DNA from: Chloroflexota bacterium
GTDB taxonomy: Bacteria; Chloroflexota; UBA4733
Reading direction: 5' to 3'
Length of the DNA: 64,000 nt
Assembly: GCA_036734945.1 (NCBI GenBank)
Contig: DAIMXP010000023.1
Location: 1 to 64,000, forward strand
A model generated the notes under the pieces. The model had not been told where the DNA came from and did not search any database. It was given only the letters and a program-made list of their open reading frames with translations. Made by a program: the position numbers and the translations under genes. How positions within the stretch are numbered: the first letter of the stretch is position 1; every line of letters starts with the position of its first letter. Below, in pieces: positions 58,460 through 64,000 of the stretch.

Positions 58460-58580
58460 CTGGCGACTGAAGTCGCGGCTATACCAGGCGAAGTCCGCCT
58501 GCGCGGACTCGTTTCCAGCCCGCGAAGGGCCCAGAGGGCACCCACTTCGCTCGCTTTTAGGCGCGACTTTAGTCGCCGAC
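58460..58580. repeat. Family-A MITE-like palindromic element, copy 5
   Basis: CTGGCGACTGAAGTCGCGGCTATA...GCGCGACTTTAGTCGCCGACC with internal GCGAAGTCCGCCTGCGCGGACT. Confidence 0.65.
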
Positions 58581-58742
58581 CGTCTGCTCGCCCCTTTTTC
58601 CACCTTTACGCTGGCTTAACGTTCGCTCGCATTGACAATTCACCTCTGTACGCTAGGATGACCTATCGTTTGACCGTGCCGAAGCCTCCGTTCTTTTTTG
58701 ACGTACACGTTCCTCCGGCCAGCGGAGAGGAGGGCAGCCTTG

Positions 58743-60218
58743 ATGGACGAAATCACCGTTCTTGCTACGCCAACGACCCCCAGAGGCCCGCGTGCTCGGC
58801 GTCGCCAGCTCCTGGGCGGCGCCGCCGTGCTCGGCGTCGGCGCTGTACTGGCCGCCTTGTACGAGGCTCATCCAACCGCGCAAAGTGCGCCGCCCCTGCC
58901 GGATTCGGTCCGGCTCGGCCACTTGCTGCGACGCGCCGGCTTCGGCGCGTCGCCAGAGGAACTGACGACGTACCAGCAGTTAGGCGTCGCAGGCGCCACC
59001 AACCAGTTGCTCAACTTCGAAGCAATCCCCAACCCGATCCCGGACAAGTTCGCACAACTCTTCAATTTCGACTTCACGAATGGGCAGCAACTGCAGCGCT
59101 GGTGGCTGCTGCGTATGCTCTACACCGCGCGCCCACTGGAAGAGCGGATGACGCTGTTCTGGCACGGCATCCTGACCTCGGCGCGCTCCAAGGTGCGGCC
59201 CGACATGCTGTACGTCCAGAATCTTTTCCTGCGTACCCACGCGCTGGATACCTTCCCGAACATCCTCAAAGGCATCTCCAAGGACCCGGCCATGATGGTC
59301 TGGCTTGACCTGCAGACCAACCGCAAAGGGCATGCCAACGAGAACTTCGCCCGTGAACTCATGGAACTGTTTTCCATGGGGGTCGGTAACTACTCCGAAC
59401 AGGATGTGCGCGAGAGTGCGCGCGCCTTCACCGGCTACTCCCTCGCCTACCACGGCAAGCAGGTCAACAACGTGTACAATCCGCCGAACTTCGTTTTCAA
59501 CCCACGTCAGCACGACGACGGCCCCAAGACCTTCCTGGGCAAAACCGGTAACTTCAACGGCGACGACATCATCGACATCATTGTCGCCCAACCCGTCACA
59601 GCCGAGTACATATGCCGACGGCTGTTCTCCTTTTTCGCCTACGACAACCCGGAACCAGCCGTCCTTCAAGCCCTGACCAAAACCTACTTTGCTACCAACT
59701 ACTCGATCAAGGCGTTGGTGCAACAGATCATCACATCCTCGGCCTTTTACTCCGCGAAAGCCTATCGCTCCACGATCAAGAGCCCGACCGACTTCGTCGT
59801 GGGCAGCCTGCGTACGCTTGGCATGCAGACGGAAGGCAACCAACTGCCGAACATGATGCCGGCGATGGGGCAGGAGTTGTTCAACCCGCCCAACGTGGCC
59901 GGCTGGCCGGGGGGTACCAACTGGCTGAACAGCGGCACCTGGCTCACCCGCTTGAACTATGCCAATCAGGTGGCGGCCAGCCAGGTGGCCTGGCCCAGGG
60001 GCGCCGCCAGCATCCAGGCCTGGCTCCAGCAGCAGACCAACGGCAATGTGCCGGCCGCCGTGGACCTGCTGGTGAAGCAGGTGCTGGACGGTCAAATTGG
60101 CGCTTCCCAGCATCAAGTCATGCTGGACTACGCCAACAACGCCTCCCTGACAAGCGACGAACGCTACCGCGACCTTACCTATCTGGTGCTCGGCCTGCCC
60201 GAGCACCACCTCAGCTAA
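58743..60218 (+). CDS. DUF1800 family protein
   Basis: Strong RBS GGAGAGGAGG. TAT-like RRQLLGGAAVLGVGA. LLRRAGFGASPEE and WWLLRMLYTARPLEERMTLFWHGILTS motifs typical of DUF1800. Confidence 0.65.
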   Translation: MDEITVLATPTTPRGPRARRRQLLGGAAVLGVGAVLAALYEAHPTAQSAPPLPDSVRLGHLLRRAGFGASPEELTTYQQLGVAGATNQLLNFEAIPNPIPDKFAQLFNFDFTNGQQLQRWWLLRMLYTARPLEERMTLFWHGILTSARSKVRPDMLYVQNLFLRTHALDTFPNILKGISKDPAMMVWLDLQTNRKGHANENFARELMELFSMGVGNYSEQDVRESARAFTGYSLAYHGKQVNNVYNPPNFVFNPRQHDDGPKTFLGKTGNFNGDDIIDIIVAQPVTAEYICRRLFSFFAYDNPEPAVLQALTKTYFATNYSIKALVQQIITSSAFYSAKAYRSTIKSPTDFVVGSLRTLGMQTEGNQLPNMMPAMGQELFNPPNVAGWPGGTNWLNSGTWLTRLNYANQVAASQVAWPRGAASIQAWLQQQTNGNVPAAVDLLVKQVLDGQIGASQHQVMLDYANNASLTSDERYRDLTYLVLGLPEHHLS

Positions 60219-60248
60219 GCAGCAAACCAACAGAAAGGGGCCATCGCC

Positions 60249-61496
60249 ATGCTCTCCCGACGCGACCTCCTCCAGATCAGCGGCGCCGTCGTGCCGGTCG
60301 GCATATTCCTGCCTTCCGTCTTTAGCCGGGCGATCGATCAGATGGGCAAGCAGACGCTGTACGGCAACCCGGGTCAGCCGGCCAACGCCCGCACCCTCAT
60401 CATCGTGCAGCTTGCCGGCGGCAACGACGGCCTGAACACCGTCATCCCCTACACCGACGGTCGCTATCGCGACCTACGCCCCGTGATCGGCGTCCCCGAC
60501 TCGCAGGTGCTGCCGATCAGCGATCGCATCGCCCTGCACAGTGAGCTGGCGGGGATGAAGACGCTCTACGACCAGGGTAAGGTCGCCGTGATGCAGACTG
60601 TGGGTTATGACAACCCGAGTCTCTCCCACTTTCAGGCGATGGACATCTGGGAGACCGGCGATCCAGAATTGCACCGGCGTGACGGCTGGCTCTCGACACT
60701 GGTAGAAGGGAAGGTCGACGCCAACGGCCACCCTATCGGCTCCCTCAGCCTGGGGCCGGCGCTGGCCCCGGCGCTCTGCTGTTCGCCGACGCCACCGCCG
60801 ACCATCAACAACATTAACGGGTATAAGTTGCTGCCCGACCCGCAGTTCCCGAAGAACGCTGCCACCCGTGAAGATGCGCTGGTGCGGCTTTACCAGTCCT
60901 ATCAGGCGCCGGCGCCCTACGCGGCCATCCTGGATTCCACCGCCGACTCGGCGCGCACGAGCAGCGCCCAGATGCAGGCGCTTGCCAACGCCTATCAGCC
61001 GTCGATCACCTACCCCCAAACGCCAGTGGCGCAGGGTCTCAAGCTCTTCGCCGCGACATTGAAGGCCGGCGTGGGCCTGCGCCTCGGCTACGTCGTCCTG
61101 GGCGGCTTCGACACCCATTCGCAACAACTCAACCAGCAGCCGCGCCTGCTCCGCCAGTTGGGTGACGCCCTCAACGCCTTCTCGCGCGACCTGGAAGCGC
61201 AAGGATTGGACAAGGATGTGCTCACCATGACCTGGTCGGAGTTCGGCCGCCGCGCCCAGCAGAACGCCAGCAATGGCACCGATCACGGGACGGCGGCGCC
61301 CCTCTTCCTGATTGGTTCAGGAGTCAAAGGCGGCCTCTACGGTGACGTGCCGGACCTCACCAACCTGGACAACGGCAACCTGCGCCACTCGATCGACTTC
61401 CGTTCCATCTATGCCACGGTCATCGAGCGCTGGCTCCAGGCCGACTCCAAGGCAATATTGGGCGGTACATACCCGACATTGGCGGCCGTGGGGTAG
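60249..61496 (+). CDS. DUF1501 family protein (sulfatase-like fold), the usual partner of DUF1800
   Basis: TAT signal SRRDLLQISGA. GGNDGLNTVIPY and GGFDTHSQQ motifs. Confidence 0.7.
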   Translation: MLSRRDLLQISGAVVPVGIFLPSVFSRAIDQMGKQTLYGNPGQPANARTLIIVQLAGGNDGLNTVIPYTDGRYRDLRPVIGVPDSQVLPISDRIALHSELAGMKTLYDQGKVAVMQTVGYDNPSLSHFQAMDIWETGDPELHRRDGWLSTLVEGKVDANGHPIGSLSLGPALAPALCCSPTPPPTINNINGYKLLPDPQFPKNAATREDALVRLYQSYQAPAPYAAILDSTADSARTSSAQMQALANAYQPSITYPQTPVAQGLKLFAATLKAGVGLRLGYVVLGGFDTHSQQLNQQPRLLRQLGDALNAFSRDLEAQGLDKDVLTMTWSEFGRRAQQNASNGTDHGTAAPLFLIGSGVKGGLYGDVPDLTNLDNGNLRHSIDFRSIYATVIERWLQADSKAILGGTYPTLAAVG

Positions 61497-61599
61497 GCGG
61501 AGGCAGGCCCCCTCCGGCTCAACTGGAGGCGTACCGAGCGCCGCTTACTGCTTCCATGCTAGATTTCCCCGGTCGGCAAGAAACAAAAGGGGAACCCGC

Positions 61600-62406
61600 A
61601 TGGACGGCACACTTTCAGGCAAGATCGCCCTCGTCACCGGAGCGAGCAAGGGCATCGGTCAGGGAATTGCCCTGGAGTTCGCGCGTGCCGGCGCCGATGT
61701 CGCCGTGAATTGCCAATCCGACACCGCCGGGGCGGACACGACGGCCGCAGCCATCCGGCAACTTGGCCGCCGGGCAGTGGTGGTCCGGGCCGACGTTGGC
61801 CAGCGCACAGACGTTGAGCGCATGCTGGACCAGACCCTTGCGACCTTCGGGCGCCTGGACATTCTTGTCGCCAATGCCGGTGTGACGCTCTGGCGCGACT
61901 TTATCGACCTGGATGATGCCACCTGGGAGCAGACGCTCAACACCAACTTGCGCGGGACCTTCCTCTCCTGCCAGGCCGCGGCGCGCCAATTTCGCCGGCA
62001 AGGCGACGGAGGCAGATTAATCACGATGGGCTCGGGCGCCGCCAAAGTCGCCTTCCCGGGAGCCTCAGCCTACAATGCCTCCAAAGGCGGCATCGCTATG
62101 CTGACGCAGGCTATGGCGGTGGAACTCGGTCCGCTGGGCATTACAGTGAACTGTGTGGCGCCAGGCGCCATCGAGATTGAGCGGACCCGGCGAGAAGACC
62201 CGCACTATGCAGAGACCTGGGCCCGCCTCACGCCCCGCCGGCGTGTCGGCGTGCCTGGCGACATCGGCAAGGCCTGCGTCTGGCTGGCATCCGACGCCGC
62301 CACTTTTGTCACCGGCCAGGTGATTTTCATCGATGGCGGGCTCTTCTCGCAAGGGCCCTGGCCGAGCGACCACTATGCCAAGGACACAACCGGAGCGGAC
62401 CGCTAG
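61600..62406 (+). CDS. SDR-family oxidoreductase (FabG-like)
   Basis: GKIALVTGASKGIGQGIA, NAG and YNASKGGI catalytic motifs. RBS AAAAGGGGA. Confidence 0.8.
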   Translation: MDGTLSGKIALVTGASKGIGQGIALEFARAGADVAVNCQSDTAGADTTAAAIRQLGRRAVVVRADVGQRTDVERMLDQTLATFGRLDILVANAGVTLWRDFIDLDDATWEQTLNTNLRGTFLSCQAAARQFRRQGDGGRLITMGSGAAKVAFPGASAYNASKGGIAMLTQAMAVELGPLGITVNCVAPGAIEIERTRREDPHYAETWARLTPRRRVGVPGDIGKACVWLASDAATFVTGQVIFIDGGLFSQGPWPSDHYAKDTTGADR

Positions 62407-62432
62407 GCAGCCGTGCAGCTCCGCCGGTACAC

Positions 62433-63344
62433 CTACTCGCCGCCACGCAACTCCATCACGATATCGACGACATAGGACAGCCAGCCCTGCACCTCGGCCA
62501 GCAACCTGGCCCGTTCCTCGTCCTTCGGCGCATACAGGAAGACGGCAATACCCCCAAGGACGATGAGCCAGAAAAGGTCGGTGGTAGTCGAACGGACGGC
62601 ACGTCCGGTGGCATCGAAGGCGTCACCAACGACCGCCGCCGTCTCACCGGCCGCATCCGACACGGCCGGAACGAGATTACTGACCGAGGCCTGTATCGAA
62701 GCCGCAGTATCGCGCGTCTGGCTACCGAACTGAGCAGCCCGGTCTCTTGCCTGGCCCGCCAGGTCCGCGGCGGCAGGCGCCAACTGATCCCTTGCCTGCG
62801 CCCCGAACGTACCAACCCGGCCTCGCGTCTGATCAATGAAGTCAGCGACGGCCGGCGCCAATTCGTCTCTCGCCTGCGCGCCGAGATCGCTGAGCCGGTC
62901 ACGCGCTTGATCAGCCCAATCCTCCACCATAGGCGCCAGATCGTCACGCTGCCTGGCAGCGGCCTGGGCAAGGGCACTCGCCGGAGGAGCCAGTCGGTCC
63001 CGGGCCTGGGCGCCTACTTGTATGGCGTAGTCACGGCCCTGGCCCGCCAGCCCGACAACGGCCGGCCCCGCCTGGTCGCGCAGCCCAACCAGCGTCTGCC
63101 CAGCCGCCGTGGAACGTCGTCCAGCCTCGGACCGTGCCGAGTCCAGCATCATTTGCGCAGACCCGACCGCCGCAGCCGCCTGCCTTCGCGCCTGACCCTG
63201 TGCCTGCTGCACCGCGCTCGTGGCGCTGTCGGCAGTAGACTGGTATTGGGATACTGCCCTATCCCGCCACTTTCGCGCTGCCTTCTTGCCGAACGACATC
63301 AGGCCCACACCAGCGTGCTTCGCCGGTGATCCGAACTTCAACAT
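62433..63344 (-). CDS. Hypothetical protein with tandem 11-residue amphipathic repeats and a C-terminal TM helix
   Basis: Repeats AQARDRLAP..AD.AGQARDR xN. Terminal LFWLIVLGGIAVFLY helix. ATG at 63344 after a G-rich RBS. Confidence 0.4.
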   Translation of the reverse strand: MLKFGSPAKHAGVGLMSFGKKAARKWRDRAVSQYQSTADSATSAVQQAQGQARRQAAAAVGSAQMMLDSARSEAGRRSTAAGQTLVGLRDQAGPAVVGLAGQGRDYAIQVGAQARDRLAPPASALAQAAARQRDDLAPMVEDWADQARDRLSDLGAQARDELAPAVADFIDQTRGRVGTFGAQARDQLAPAAADLAGQARDRAAQFGSQTRDTAASIQASVSNLVPAVSDAAGETAAVVGDAFDATGRAVRSTTTDLFWLIVLGGIAVFLYAPKDEERARLLAEVQGWLSYVVDIVMELRGGE

Positions 63345-63460
63345 GGGCGATCCCCCCCCTTTATCTGGCTGACGGCACGGCTTACCATCGCGACCGAACA
63401 CCGGGGAGAGGAAGCACATGACGTGCCAGTGAGGGAGCGCCAGGCAAGGCCCTGGCGTGG

Positions 63461-64000
63461 CTACAGTCGCGCTCCCACGCGCTCACGGGACACGGCACCG
63501 GGGCGGGCGAGACTTCTGTCCTGGACCTCGTCCACCAGCGCCTCCACTGCCCGAGCAATCCACATGGTATCGCTACCTGCCAGGAGTTGCGCACAGGCCT
63601 GTGTCGCGGACATCGCCTCACGGTACGGGCCTTCCGTGGTTAGGACATCAAACGCCTCGACGACACCGATGACCGAGGCGCCAAGGAGTACCTGGCTGCC
63701 GGCGCGGCCATCGGGATAACCCTTACCATCGGGGCGCTCATGGTGGAGGCGAACGAACTGACGGCAACGCTGATACTCTGCGAACGGCGCCAGGATCTCC
63801 GCACCGTAGGCTGGGTGCTTGCGGAGCGCCTCCTCCTCGTCCGGCTCCAGCGCCTCCTGCCGACGCAGCACCGCGTCGGAGAAGCCGACCTTACCGATAT
63901 CGTGGACGCGGGCCGCGCGGCGAACGAGCTCAACCTCGTCCCGACTGAAGCCCAACCGGGTGGTAACACGCGCGGCGAGGTCTGCGACCCGTCGCGAGTG
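63461..64000 (-). CDS. HD-GYP domain phosphodiesterase (partial; the N-terminus lies beyond the window end)
   Basis: HSRRVADLAARV...VHDIGKV...LHHERPDGKGYPDG. The reading frame stays open to position 64000. Confidence 0.65.
   Translation of the reverse strand, partial: HSRRVADLAARVTTRLGFSRDEVELVRRAARVHDIGKVGFSDAVLRRQEALEPDEEEALRKHPAYGAEILAPFAEYQRCRQFVRLHHERPDGKGYPDGRAGSQVLLGASVIGVVEAFDVLTTEGPYREAMSATQACAQLLAGSDTMWIARAVEALVDEVQDRSLARPGAVSRERVGARL

Noticed and set aside
58385-59308. 307-aa ORF overlapping the DUF1800 gene and the family-A repeat
   Set aside because: It starts inside a repeat element, has no motifs, and DUF1800 in another frame has strong motifs and an excellent RBS.
1-64000. 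tRNA/rRNA genes, transposases, integrases and prophage genes
   Set aside because: Intergenic regions were scanned by eye for T-loop-like GTTCGAATC motifs, rRNA-like conserved blocks and DDE/tyrosine-recombinase ORFs, and none was found. A tRNAscan or Infernal run would be needed to confirm the absence.

Overview
This is a high-GC (~68%) bacterial chromosomal segment with dense, mostly non-overlapping genes and a strong GC3 bias that produces many spurious antisense shadow ORFs. Gene content and repeat structure suggest a Chloroflexota-like organism, but I cannot assign a taxon from sequence alone. Housekeeping genes include aroE, bifunctional pheA, murI, ftsK, maf (frameshifted), M20 and M24 peptidases, an enolase-superfamily (glucarate dehydratase-like) enzyme, a class-III aminotransferase overlapping a creatininase-family gene, an OmpR-type two-component pair, a fatty-acid desaturase, and an ArsR/GT4/CDP-alcohol phosphatidyltransferase lipid operon. 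There is also an MFS/MFS/acyl-AMP ligase-ACP-acyltransferase (Aas-like) lipid-repair locus. I saw no rRNA, tRNA, cas genes, transposases or integrases. The most unusual region is a ten-gene co-directional cluster at 27.6-37.8 kb. It encodes a lidless Hsp70 with a 1-nt frameshift, an SPFH protein with a C-terminal E2/RWD-like YPxxPP module, two J-domain-like tail-anchored zinc-ribbon proteins (one with HHD in place of HPD, one without HPD), a zinc-ribbon/TM/TPR-like protein, a 998-aa HerA/FtsK-type P-loop ATPase with an unrecognised 430-aa N-domain, and a HExxH protein. REP/BIME-like palindromic repeat clusters interrupt and follow it. The window also carries at least four families of structured intergenic palindromic repeats. 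These are a roughly 110-170 bp MITE-like element in five copies, a roughly 50 bp REP-like unit at three loci that forms BIME-like clusters, and three long nested inverted repeats. There are two single-base frameshifts, in the Hsp70 gene and in maf.
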